NCBI GenBank assembly: GCA_964579205.1
Contig: CAZOFH010000002.1
Span: 92,088 to 156,087, forward strand
Source of the DNA: an uncultured Christensenella sp.
GTDB taxonomy: Bacteria > Bacillota > Clostridia > Christensenellales > UBA1242
Direction of reading: 5' to 3'
Length of the DNA stretch: 64,000 bases
This document shows, piece by piece, positions 35,292-46,296 of this stretch. The first letter of the stretch is position 1; every line of letters starts with the position of its first letter. The notes under the pieces are model-generated. The model made no database searches. It was not told where the DNA came from and worked only from the letters and a program-made list of their open reading frames with translations. The translations under genes and the position numbers were made by a program.

Positions 35292-36086
35292 TTATTCTTC
35301 GTTCACGCCGTCGTCTTCGTTGAGCGCTACCGTGCCGACAACAATATCGCACAAACCATAATCAACTAGCAGTTTGAATTTGATAATTTTTGACTTTTCA
35401 TTCCATTCTACAAATTTGACTTCGCCAGTATGTATGTCGTCACACTCCGCGGTGTAGATGCACGCCGTATATCCTGATTGTGCGTTGACAGTGACCGTTT
35501 TACCCTCTAAATTGTCAAGGTCGCTCACAATGATACCATTTTCATTCGTGTCATCCGAAAGCAAAGAGCCGTCAAAATACCCCAAATCTATCAGGAATAA
35601 AACATCTTCGTAGCCTATCACATCTTCATAATCATTCGGCTGCTCGACCATCTCGAGCCCTCGAATTTCAAACGCCAAATGATAGCCCGGCTTGCCATTA
35701 AAATCTTTTACACAGCCATATCTCGCTGTCGCAGAAAATTTTATGCCCTCATTAACAAAAGATACGTAGCCTACTTCGTTGAATTCATCGTCCTTAATGG
35801 CAGCACATTGCTCGAGAAGTTTCGGCATAGAGCGCACCAGTGTCTGCTCTGGTGTCGGTTCTTGCTCCTGCGGCTCTGCTACAAGTGCAGGCTGCTGGCT
35901 TGTTTTGAAGTGCCAAATAATCGCCCAAACAGTCGAAGCAGCAGAAATAATTAGCCCCACAATCCCAATAATAAGTAGGCTCAGGCTGCCGATGACCGCG
36001 CCCCTCGCGACAAAAAATGTAAAGAGTGCGATGCCAACCGCGGATAGCGCGAGCCACAAAATCAAAAATAATATATTTTTTTGCAT
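35292..36086 (-). CDS. membrane-anchored protein, function unknown
   Basis: 264-aa ORF with GGAGG RBS, two N-terminal TM helices and an acidic soluble domain of about 180 aa. Confidence 0.6.
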   Translation of the reverse strand: MQKNILFLILWLALSAVGIALFTFFVARGAVIGSLSLLIIGIVGLIISAASTVWAIIWHFKTSQQPALVAEPQEQEPTPEQTLVRSMPKLLEQCAAIKDDEFNEVGYVSFVNEGIKFSATARYGCVKDFNGKPGYHLAFEIRGLEMVEQPNDYEDVIGYEDVLFLIDLGYFDGSLLSDDTNENGIIVSDLDNLEGKTVTVNAQSGYTACIYTAECDDIHTGEVKFVEWNEKSKIIKFKLLVDYGLCDIVVGTVALNEDDGVNEE

Positions 36087-36342
36087 ATTTCAACCTCCTA
36101 TACTCCTATTATATCATATCTTTGCCAAAAGTCTTGCGTTTTTGGGTAAAATAAAAAATTTTTTGGCGGTTTTTTGATTTTGGTAAAAATGGGCGTGGGA
36201 GAGGTGTGGTTTTTGCGGAATTATTGAACGCCATTTTTGTTAATTGGGTGAGGAGGGATTTTTGTTTGAAATTTTTGCGAAAATTGGTTGCTGAAGCGGT
36301 GGCTTTGTGATAAAATGATTCTCAAAAAAACAGGGGTGGACA

Positions 36343-36543
36343 ATGAATAAAAATAACAAAAAAATCGCTGATGTTACCGAACATCAAACTTATAGGAATC
36401 GTTTTGGCATTCTGTATATTCTCAAAATCGCGATGATTTTTTTGGCGGCAATGCTGTTTACATTCCTTACTATTATTGCGGTGGTGAATGTGATTCGCCC
36501 TGTGGTTGGGCTGTGCGATTTTTGTGCGGTGCTTTCGGGGTGA
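36343..36543 (+). CDS. small membrane protein (putative)
   Basis: 66-aa ORF behind GGGGTGG, with one long hydrophobic stretch. A terminator follows at 36572-36596. Confidence 0.45.
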   Translation: MNKNNKKIADVTEHQTYRNRFGILYILKIAMIFLAAMLFTFLTIIAVVNVIRPVVGLCDFCAVLSG

Positions 36544-36571
36544 CAGAAGCGTAAAGCGCGAATGCCTAACA

Positions 36572-36596
36572 GAAAAGACCTCGTGGGTCTTTTTTG
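36572..36596 (+). terminator. rho-independent terminator
   Basis: AAAAGACC-TCGTG-GGTCTTTTTT. Confidence 0.7.
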
Positions 36597-36641
36597 TTAG
36601 GTGGGGAGGGGGGAGAATTGTGCTGCCGTTCTTCGTGCGAT

Positions 36642-36730
36642 GGGGGCGGCTTGCCGCGTGCGTGCTGCAGCACGCACTATGCGCCGAATGGCGCATCAGG
36701 CGCCCTGCAGGCGCCTTGCGGCAAGCCGCT
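36642..36730 (+). repeat. multi-hairpin GC-rich element closed by a 12-bp long-range stem
   Basis: GCGGCTTGCCGC (36646-36657) pairs with GCGGCAAGCCGC (36718-36729). Enclosed are a perfect 20-nt palindrome GTGCGTGCTG/CAGCACGCAC (36658-36677), ATGCGCC-GAAT-GGCGCAT (36679-36696, identical to 1129-1146) and two CAGGCGCC copies (36697-36704 and 36708-36715). Confidence 0.65.
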
Positions 36731-36791
36731 ATGGGTATGTCTACGCCACAATTAATTTGATTATTGCGGGTTCGGGGTGCAGCCCCGCAGT

Positions 36792-36851
36792 GTCATTCAG
36801 AGGAGTGCAAGGCACTCCGTGGGATCTGGGAGAAACGCAAGTTCTGAACCC
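36792..36851 (+). repeat. dispersed GC-rich module, copy b
   Basis: GTCATTCAGA-GGAGTGC-AAG-GCACTCC-GTGGGATCTGGGAG...CTGAACCC. Confidence 0.6.
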
Positions 36852-36890
36852 AAAAGTTAAATAATAAAAGCAAATTCCCGCATCTACGCA

Positions 36891-37973
<1,083 letters not shown>

Positions 37974-38468
37974 TTATTTTTCCTTTAATACTACTGGTAC
38001 TTTGAATTTTTTGAATATGATAGCGAGGATATCTCTGAGCCATAGCACAAAAATAATCGCTCCGCACACACACGACATTACGAATATCGCACTCAATACG
38101 GCGGTATTGTACACCGTCTGGATGACTACGGGAAAGTCTACGTCAAAGCCGACGATTGCCCCTGGTACGATAATACAGGAGAAGAAATACACACTACAAA
38201 TCAAAAAGGTAATCGCGTGAGGGTACCTTTGGGTATAAAAGTAATGCCCGCCGAAAAACCCCAAGAATATGCACATCAGCAAAGTATTTTTGTAACTTAG
38301 GTCATTAGGGAATATTGTGCTATAAACGATTTTTTCTGGCTGATAGGTGCGTTTTGCCTCTTTTACAGCCAAAAAGGACGCCTCTCTGATTTGGGTAAGT
38401 CTGGTACCGCATTTAAAGCATATGTGACTCTCGTGAGGTATTCTAGCACCACATTTGGGACAACGCAA
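37974..38468 (-). CDS. zinc-ribbon plus TM2-domain membrane protein
   Basis: The N-terminus (M)RCPKCGARIPHESHICFKCG gives two CxxC pairs. TM2-like segment FLGFFGGHYFYTQRY. TTG start 9 nt after AAGGAG. Confidence 0.65.
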   Translation of the reverse strand: MRCPKCGARIPHESHICFKCGTRLTQIREASFLAVKEAKRTYQPEKIVYSTIFPNDLSYKNTLLMCIFLGFFGGHYFYTQRYPHAITFLICSVYFFSCIIVPGAIVGFDVDFPVVIQTVYNTAVLSAIFVMSCVCGAIIFVLWLRDILAIIFKKFKVPVVLKEK

Positions 38469-38481
38469 TAGTTTTTTCTCC

Positions 38482-39498
<1,017 letters not shown>

Positions 39499-39505
39499 TT
39501 ACCCC

Positions 39506-40768
39506 TTATTTTTCTTTTTTGATTTTGGATTTTTTCTTGCCAGAAACTGCGCTTTTTTTCTCTTTGGTCGAGGCGCTAGTGTCTGCGTTCTCTTTGGTCT
39601 TTACTTCGTGATGTTCTTTTGAGTTGTCGTCTTTGTCTTGCTCAATCGTTGCTGCAGATTGTTTCTCTGCCGCCTTTTTTGATTTCGCCTGCTGTTTTGT
39701 AGCGGATTTTGTGGCTTTTTTCGTTTGCTTTTGAGCCTTTTTGTCCGCTTTGTGGTCTTCTTTTGTCTTTTGCGCTGCTTCTGCCGCCTTTTTGGCTTTT
39801 AGCACGTTGATTTTGCCCGCTTGCGCCTTGAGCATATCTACGGTAGATGATGCAGTAGTCGTGTCGTCTGAATAAAATCTCTTTGCCAATTCGTAGTTAT
39901 AACTGATGTAATCCTCAATGTTTAGCACAGGTTCATTCTGTAGATCAACCGCCACTGGATAGCCGAGTCGCGTCCTGTAGATGACGCGGCTACTCAACAC
40001 GCTAGCGAGTATGCCTGCCAGTATCCATAGGACGAGCACTATCAGTACCCATCCCGAGTATGTACCACCATTGCAGAGCGGATAAACGAGAGCCATAGCG
40101 AGTAGGGCGAGAATGTAGACAAAGGTAACTATTCCTAGCGTAAAGATAGACTTGTTGATTTGCTGCTGTTCAAAAGTCGGGTTGCCATAAATATCCTTTT
40201 CGGATACCACGCGCAAAGTCTTTTCTGGGTCGGCATTCACTAGCCTCAGCGCCTTGCTAAGAGTAGGATTCATAATGATTGTGTTGATAGAGCGAGAGTT
40301 GAGATAAATCACGCGCGCATCACAGCACAAGTCTTGCCCGTGCCCGAGTATTTTGAGTCCCATCTGGTAGGCGGCTTTGCCGAGGCTGGTAAAAATCGAC
40401 TTGAACCAGTTTTCTTTGTGGCGCACAAACACAAGGTCGGCGCCGTCAAAATGTTTGTTTAGAATGTCTAGCATCACTTTGGGGTTGGTGTCAATGGTGC
40501 ATAGCAGTACATCGCCATTGTCCGAAACATCCATAGCAGAATAAATCTGTGTATTGATGTTGGTCGAAGGGGCGGAAATAATCAAGTGCCTGTTTTTCTG
40601 CTGGCAGACGATACGGCTCAATTCATCCTTAAAACCGTAATCCGAGCAGATAGTGTAGATTATCTCATAAGGTTCTGCAAATTGCTCCATAACTTTGCCA
40701 AATTCAGCATCTTTTTCTTCGAGATTGTAATTTGTGTCCCCGTCAGTGGTAACAATTAGAGAAATCAT
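39506..40768 (-). CDS. membrane protein with degenerate glycosyltransferase-like N-domain and a ~100-aa Lys/Ala/Gln-rich tail
   Basis: The N-terminus ISLIVTTDGDTNYN...ADLVFVRHKE weakly resembles the GT-A fold, followed by two TM helices. The C-terminus is KAKKAAEAAQKTKEDHKADKKAQKQTKKATKSATKQQAKSKKAAEK...KKKSKIKKEK. The functional call is weak. Confidence 0.45.
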   Translation of the reverse strand: MISLIVTTDGDTNYNLEEKDAEFGKVMEQFAEPYEIIYTICSDYGFKDELSRIVCQQKNRHLIISAPSTNINTQIYSAMDVSDNGDVLLCTIDTNPKVMLDILNKHFDGADLVFVRHKENWFKSIFTSLGKAAYQMGLKILGHGQDLCCDARVIYLNSRSINTIIMNPTLSKALRLVNADPEKTLRVVSEKDIYGNPTFEQQQINKSIFTLGIVTFVYILALLAMALVYPLCNGGTYSGWVLIVLVLWILAGILASVLSSRVIYRTRLGYPVAVDLQNEPVLNIEDYISYNYELAKRFYSDDTTTASSTVDMLKAQAGKINVLKAKKAAEAAQKTKEDHKADKKAQKQTKKATKSATKQQAKSKKAAEKQSAATIEQDKDDNSKEHHEVKTKENADTSASTKEKKSAVSGKKKSKIKKEK

Positions 40769-41053
40769 AGTTTACCTCTCGTATTTTTTTCAAACTATCT
40801 ATTGCAAATATTAATAGTTTGTACATATTATATATTTTTATTAGATATTTTTCAAATAAATTTGCATATTTTTTTTAATAATTTCATATTTTGTCACTTT
40901 TTGGCAGTTCTTGACGGGGGCGGAGGCTTTTTTGTAGCGATGCTAGGGGCTAGGTCAGCCCAGAATTGCGGCTCGCTAGCGTACGCGAAAAGGAAATAAC
41001 CTTTATCCTCGATGCGGTACATAAAAAGCGGGGAAGTGGTGCAAAATAGTAGT

Positions 41054-42898
41054 ATGAAAAAGCAGACATTTTTATCAGGGGTAATGATATTATTTGCGGC
41101 GGGGGTGGTAGCCAAGGTGTTGGGTGCTATTTATCGTATACCGCTCACGTGGCTATTGGGCGCGAATGGGCTCGGGATGTATCAGTTGGTCTACCCATTA
41201 TTTTCGCTAATACTAGTGCTGTCTAGCACGGGGATGCCGACGGCGATTAGTCGGGTGACGGCAGGGTATGTCGCTCGCGGGCAAATGGCTGCGGCGCGAC
41301 TCACTCTACGCATCAGTCTCAGGCTCCTATTAGTCATCGGCACGATATTTGCGCTGCTGCTGGCTCTCGGTAGTGTGGGTATAGCGTCATTACAGGGGAA
41401 TCTCAATCTCTACATTTGCTATCTAGGGCTAGTGCCTGCAGTGATTTTGGTGAGCGTGCTCAGCGCGCTTAGGGGATATTTTCAGGGTTGCAGCAATATG
41501 ACTCCGACTGCCGCTAGCCAACTAGTGGAGCAGGGTGGAAAATTGATTTTTGGTCTGCTGCTAGGTTATCTATTGTTGCCAATGGGCATCGAATACGGCA
41601 CGCTCGGCGCGCTCTTGGGGGTGAGTGTGAGCGAATTATTCGCCGTGGCTATTATGCTATACTTTTATCGCAAAGCCCAAAAAATGGGGTACTACTATGT
41701 GCAAAACACTTTGCATAGTACCTACATAATACCTGCACAGTACATCAAAATCGCACAGGCAAAACCTCATTCCGCAGAGCCTCTCGCTAGCCCTGCCTTG
41801 ACCCAGTGTATTGCTTTGGGTGACCAAGCCCTTGTGTCCGCTTCGTCTGCCATCGCGCAAAATTCACTCAATCCGCCGCACTCAAATGCATATCGTACAC
41901 TCGGAGTGCTTTTGCTGAACTCGCAGGGCACATTCTCGCCACATCTCAAATCGCGCGAAACTAGCATACGGCGATTTTTCCACCGTACAGCCGACGCACG
42001 CGTTTTGCCGACACCTCGCGAAATTCGCAAGACTATTATCCGTAATGTGGCGCCGATTACTTTGTCAAACTCTATATTGCCGAGCATCCTATTCGTCGAG
42101 AGTCTATTCGTCATACTGCTGCTCGGGCTGGCTGGGCTAGACACGCTTTCGGCGACGGCGCTGTGGGGAGTGAATTCTGGCATCGTAGGCAGCCTCATCA
42201 ATACTCCTATCGTATTAGCCCAAGCAGTAGCGGTAGCGATAGTGCCATTCGTCGCAGGCGGGGTGAGTGGCGTAGACCTAGGGCGCAGATACGGGCAGGC
42301 GACCACGCTAAATCTAGTCTTTTGCGTGCCGATGATGATAGCCTGTGTGCTGCTAGGAGAACCGATAATCAGCCTTTTGTATCAGTCCACGCTCAGAGCG
42401 CCTCTCATCACCCTTGCTACTCAAATGCTATGCGTGATGAGTGTGAGTATCATATTTGGCTCGCTACTGCAGACGCAAAACAATATGCTCCAAGGGCTTG
42501 GCTTTGGCAAAATCACCGCTAGGAATATGGCTATATCTGCCGTGGTGCAAATCATACTCTTTGTCAGTCTCACAGCCACCAGCCTAAATATCTGGGGATG
42601 TGTGATAGCGAGTGTAGTCTTTTATATAATAGCGTTTTTGCAAAACTACCTTTTTATCCGCTTTCGATTGGGACTAAAGTATTCTACAAAGTCTCTCGTG
42701 CCGACCTTTTGCGGTGCGCTGCTCCTCGCGCTATATATTATAAACATAAGGATAATGGGGTTAGGAGTGCTCGCGACACTTATTCTATCTATATTGGGCG
42801 GCGCGATATTATATCTATTCGCACTCTGGGTGTGGGGAGCAGGATGCAAATCTTTGCCTATCAAGATTTGGCTATCAAAAAAGCGTTTGGATAGATAA
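41054..42898 (+). CDS. MOP-superfamily flippase (MurJ/SpoVB-like) with enlarged central loop
   Basis: MKKQTFLSGVMILFAAGVVAKVLGAIYRIPLTWLLGANGLGMYQLVYP is the typical N-terminus of SpoVB/polysaccharide-biosynthesis-protein flippases. There are about 14 hydrophobic segments. Start chosen at ATG 41054. Confidence 0.8.
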   Translation: MKKQTFLSGVMILFAAGVVAKVLGAIYRIPLTWLLGANGLGMYQLVYPLFSLILVLSSTGMPTAISRVTAGYVARGQMAAARLTLRISLRLLLVIGTIFALLLALGSVGIASLQGNLNLYICYLGLVPAVILVSVLSALRGYFQGCSNMTPTAASQLVEQGGKLIFGLLLGYLLLPMGIEYGTLGALLGVSVSELFAVAIMLYFYRKAQKMGYYYVQNTLHSTYIIPAQYIKIAQAKPHSAEPLASPALTQCIALGDQALVSASSAIAQNSLNPPHSNAYRTLGVLLLNSQGTFSPHLKSRETSIRRFFHRTADARVLPTPREIRKTIIRNVAPITLSNSILPSILFVESLFVILLLGLAGLDTLSATALWGVNSGIVGSLINTPIVLAQAVAVAIVPFVAGGVSGVDLGRRYGQATTLNLVFCVPMMIACVLLGEPIISLLYQSTLRAPLITLATQMLCVMSVSIIFGSLLQTQNNMLQGLGFGKITARNMAISAVVQIILFVSLTATSLNIWGCVIASVVFYIIAFLQNYLFIRFRLGLKYSTKSLVPTFCGALLLALYIINIRIMGLGVLATLILSILGGAILYLFALWVWGAGCKSLPIKIWLSKKRLDR

Positions 42899-42918
42899 AA
42901 ATTGGCAATACTCTGGGT

Positions 42919-43203
42919 ATGAACAAGCAAGATTTGGTCAAACTTTTGGCAAAGCAAAATTCGCTCTCGGTCGCCGCGTCTAGGCGAATAGTCAATAGCC
43001 TCTTTTGGATAATGGGCGAAACGCTGTATTGCGGGGAGCAAATCCGTATCGCAGGTTTTGGGACATTCGGGGTAAAATTTTACCCGAGCGTCACTATTTT
43101 GTCGCGGTCACGGCGGGCAGAATATCACATTCCGTCACGATTTGTGCCCAAATTTTGGTGTAGCAAAACGCTAAAAAGGCGATTTTTGATGCCGAAAAAC
43201 TAA
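42919..43203 (+). CDS. divergent HU/IHF-fold DNA-binding protein paralogue
   Basis: MNKQDLVKLLAKQNSLSVAASRRIVNSLF...IRIAGFGTFGVK...IPSRFVPKF aligns with HU throughout. The beta-arm motif R-x-G-R-N-P-x-T is replaced by SVTILSRSRRAEYH. The RBS is weak. Confidence 0.55.
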   Translation: MNKQDLVKLLAKQNSLSVAASRRIVNSLFWIMGETLYCGEQIRIAGFGTFGVKFYPSVTILSRSRRAEYHIPSRFVPKFWCSKTLKRRFLMPKN

Positions 43204-43322
43204 AAAAATAGCCAAAAAATCGCAAATTTTGCAATTTTGCTAGAAAAAATGCACAAAATCGTTTGTAGATTTGCAATCTTTGTGCTATACTTAGACAAGT
43301 TCTTAAAAAGGAGTTTTTGACA

Positions 43323-43598
43323 ATGAACAAACAAGAATTTATTGCTGCAGTTGCAGAAAAAGCAGGTCTGACATTGGCTGACGGTGCTAGAGCTGTAAAC
43401 GCTGTATTGGCTGTTATCGAAGAGTCAATGAAGGCTGGGGACAAGGTTGTTTTGACTGGTTTCGGTCAATTCGAGGCTCGTCAACGCGCTTCTCGTACAG
43501 GTATCAACCCTGCTACAAAACAGACCATTTCTATCCCTGCGTGCAAAGTTCCTGCATTCAAGGCTGGCAAGGGTCTAAAAGACGCTGTCAACGCGTAA
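43323..43598 (+). CDS. hup: DNA-binding protein HU
   Basis: MNKQEFIAAVAEKAGLT..., GFGQFEARQRASRTGINPATKQTISIPACKVPAFKAGKGLKDAV. Start at ATG 43323 behind AAAGGAG. Confidence 0.9.
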   Translation: MNKQEFIAAVAEKAGLTLADGARAVNAVLAVIEESMKAGDKVVLTGFGQFEARQRASRTGINPATKQTISIPACKVPAFKAGKGLKDAVNA

Positions 43599-43614
43599 TT
43601 GATTTTACTTTGGA

Positions 43615-43639
43615 TGGAGCAGAATTTGCTCCATTTTTT
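43615..43639 (+). terminator. rho-independent terminator of hup
   Basis: TGGAGC-AGAATTT-GCTCCA followed by TTTTTT. Confidence 0.7.
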
Positions 43640-43651
43640 ATTGGAGAAAAT

Positions 43652-44578
43652 ATGATGGACGAGTTTTTGAAAAATCCGTTTTGGCTAGCCCCAATGGCGG
43701 GGTTTACCGATGCGGGGTTTCGCGATATTTGCCTGCGTTTTGGCGCGGGGCTAGTAGAGACCGAAATGGTCAGTACAAAGGGGCTGGTGTATGGTAGTGA
43801 AAACACTAGAGAACTGCTGCACGTTTTTGGTGACTATAGCCGCACCGCAGTACAGTTATTCGGCAGCGAGCCGGATTTTTTTCGCCGCGCGCTAGAGTTG
43901 CCTGAGTTGCAGCCGTTCGCCTGCGTGGGGATAAATATGGGCTGCCCTATGCAAAAGGTAGTCAAGACGGGGGCAGGCAGCGCTTTGCTAAACAATCCTG
44001 CACTCGCTAGCGAAATAATCAAAACTGTGGTAGACTGTGCCAACGGTCGACCTGTGCTAGTCAAGTTTCGCACAGGCTGGGACAAGGGCAATATCGTGGC
44101 GGTAGATTTCGCCAAAATGTGTGAGGATAGCGGTGCTAGCGCTATTACTGTGCACGGCAGGACTAGAGAGCAGTTGTATTCTGGTACGGCTGACTGGGGA
44201 ATAATAAATGAGGTGGCGCGCGCTGTCAAAATCCCTGTCATCGGCAATGGCGATATCAAGACCGCAGAGCAGGCGCTAGATAGGCTCAACTCGCATCCTA
44301 TCAGCGGCGTGGCTATCGCTCGCGGCGCGCTAGGGAACCCGTGGATTTTTGGCGATTGCGTAGGTAATGCGGATTTGCCTAGCCCGCTAGAGGTAATTAT
44401 CGAGCATTACAAATTGTGTGCCGAGATAATGCCTATGGATAGAGTAGTGCCGCTGATGCGCGGGCATCTCAACTTTTATTTGCGGCATCTGTGCCTCGGT
44501 GCGCGCCTCCGTGACCAACTCAATAGAGAAACAGATTTTCAAAAAATCGTAGAAATTCTGAAAAATTGCATAAACTAA
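43652..44578 (+). CDS. dus: tRNA-dihydrouridine synthase (Dus family)
   Basis: LAPMAGFTDAGFR, NMGCPMQKV (catalytic Cys) and ITVHGRTREQ. Start at ATG 43652 after the hup terminator. Confidence 0.9.
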   Translation: MMDEFLKNPFWLAPMAGFTDAGFRDICLRFGAGLVETEMVSTKGLVYGSENTRELLHVFGDYSRTAVQLFGSEPDFFRRALELPELQPFACVGINMGCPMQKVVKTGAGSALLNNPALASEIIKTVVDCANGRPVLVKFRTGWDKGNIVAVDFAKMCEDSGASAITVHGRTREQLYSGTADWGIINEVARAVKIPVIGNGDIKTAEQALDRLNSHPISGVAIARGALGNPWIFGDCVGNADLPSPLEVIIEHYKLCAEIMPMDRVVPLMRGHLNFYLRHLCLGARLRDQLNRETDFQKIVEILKNCIN

Positions 44579-44649
44579 CCCCAAAATGTTTGCTTTTTGT
44601 GTGCAAAATCTTGTATTATTATAGTGATACCAAAAAATAGGGAAATTTT

Positions 44650-46281
44650 ATGGATATAGTAAGTATTGTTGTGTTGATGTTGGCTGGGCTGGGACTATTG
44701 CTGTACGGTATGTATATGTTTAGCCACGCGCTAGAAGCGTGTATGGGGCAGAGCCTAGGTAATAGATTTATGAAAGTGGCGGATAGCCCTATCCGTAGTT
44801 ATTTTTTCAGCGCAATAATGACTTTTGCTACGCAAAAATCCACCATGGTCAGTGGAATGATAATGAACTATGTCAATTACGGCACCATCAGCCTCAAAAA
44901 GAGTCTGCCTTTTGTGCTGGGGTTGAGTTTTGGTAACGCGATATCTATAATCCTAATGATTTTTCAGGGATTGAATATCACTAGGTTTTTGTCCTTGCTA
45001 TGCTTTGTCGGAGCGGTGATAAACCTGCTATTTAGGCAGGAAAAAATGCACAACATTGCCAAGGCGCTAGTGGGCTTTGGGATGTTGTTTTTGGGGATTG
45101 ACCTCGTAGGACAGTATGCGACAATGCTATTTGAGATGGACGGGATATTCGACTTTTTTCAGAAGATAAACTATCCTGTAGTCATTATGCTGCTAGCCCT
45201 AGTGTTCTCATTCATCACTACTAGCAATTTTGCGAGTCTGACACTGCTCGCCGCTTTCGTGAGCGCGGGTATAGTGAGTGTCGACACCGCAGTATTAGGG
45301 ATGCTGGCTGTCTCGATAGGTACTTCGCTCGCTAGTTATGTATACACTGTGCCCGGTCAAGGCTCAGAGGCTAGAATGGTGGCAGTCGGGCATATTATTG
45401 CGCATCTTTTCGGAGTGATTTTGCTTTTGCCGCTGTATTTTGCAGGAGTGTATACGTGGCTATTCGGGGTGCTGGGTAATAATGTGTTTATGACGCTGAT
45501 CATCGTGCATATGGTGCAGATGACCCTGCCGATATTATTGCTGCCATTGTGCGGCGTGCTAGAGAAAATGCTGCGCCGTGTGGTGCCGCAAAAGAAAAAT
45601 TCTCGTGACAGCAGTAGGGCGTTCATCATCCCAGACACCACGCTAGAGACATTTAGCACGGGGTATCTAGCGCTACTCAATTCGGTCAAACTGCTACTCC
45701 AAAAAAATCAAAAAATCAACGACGACATTTTGGATAGAATGGGGCAGGGCAAGGATATGCGCGGCATCTCAGGCTCTATAATGGGACTCAACAAGGCGAT
45801 AAAAATTAGCAACAACGCCGTGCTGCGCCTCACCTCCAAGGTCGGCGAGACTGAATTGCACAAGACTAATGTGCTAGTCAATATCTTTAATGACATCCAG
45901 TATCTTGCAGACCGAAGCAAAAAACTAATGGATATGGCGAACGAAATCGCCAAAAAGCCGCGAGGGATGAGCGCTGAACAGGTAGGAGAACTACAGAATT
46001 TGCTCAACCTCATCAATGGAGTAGTGGGGCTAGTGAATGCGCTTTGCGACGATGTCATTGCCAACAAACCAGTGGATAGCGATGCGCTAAAACTGGTACT
46101 AGATGCCAACAAGCAGATTTATGCCGTATTACAAAAGCAGCGCCGCGCCGTATACAATGATTACAAAGACCGCGGAGCATACCCAGACAACAATGCGTAC
46201 TTTAATGCACTAGGGATTTTTGAGAATACCAACACCGCATTAGAAAATATCGCCATCAAATTGGGCATACTTTCAGGTTAA
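44650..46281 (+). CDS. Na/Pi-cotransporter-family protein with PhoU-like C-terminal domain
   Basis: N-terminal LAGLGLLLYGMYMFSHALE and a repeated Na_Pi_cotrans hydrophobic unit, followed by a helical soluble domain of about 200 aa. Confidence 0.8.
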   Translation: MDIVSIVVLMLAGLGLLLYGMYMFSHALEACMGQSLGNRFMKVADSPIRSYFFSAIMTFATQKSTMVSGMIMNYVNYGTISLKKSLPFVLGLSFGNAISIILMIFQGLNITRFLSLLCFVGAVINLLFRQEKMHNIAKALVGFGMLFLGIDLVGQYATMLFEMDGIFDFFQKINYPVVIMLLALVFSFITTSNFASLTLLAAFVSAGIVSVDTAVLGMLAVSIGTSLASYVYTVPGQGSEARMVAVGHIIAHLFGVILLLPLYFAGVYTWLFGVLGNNVFMTLIIVHMVQMTLPILLLPLCGVLEKMLRRVVPQKKNSRDSSRAFIIPDTTLETFSTGYLALLNSVKLLLQKNQKINDDILDRMGQGKDMRGISGSIMGLNKAIKISNNAVLRLTSKVGETELHKTNVLVNIFNDIQYLADRSKKLMDMANEIAKKPRGMSAEQVGELQNLLNLINGVVGLVNALCDDVIANKPVDSDALKLVLDANKQIYAVLQKQRRAVYNDYKDRGAYPDNNAYFNALGIFENTNTALENIAIKLGILSG

Positions 46282-46296
46282 AGGAGGAGAGAGAAT

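Noticed and set aside
41767-42306. 179-aa minus-strand ORF inside the flippase gene.
   Set aside because: It is antisense to a gene with clear family features. It is used only as supporting evidence that the insertion segment is compositionally atypical.
43541-43651. ORF-track start of the Dus gene at 43541, overlapping the hup C-terminus.
   Set aside because: The extension would read through the hup stop region and its terminator hairpin (43615-43639). The conserved Dus N-terminus begins at ATG 43652 with its own GGAG.
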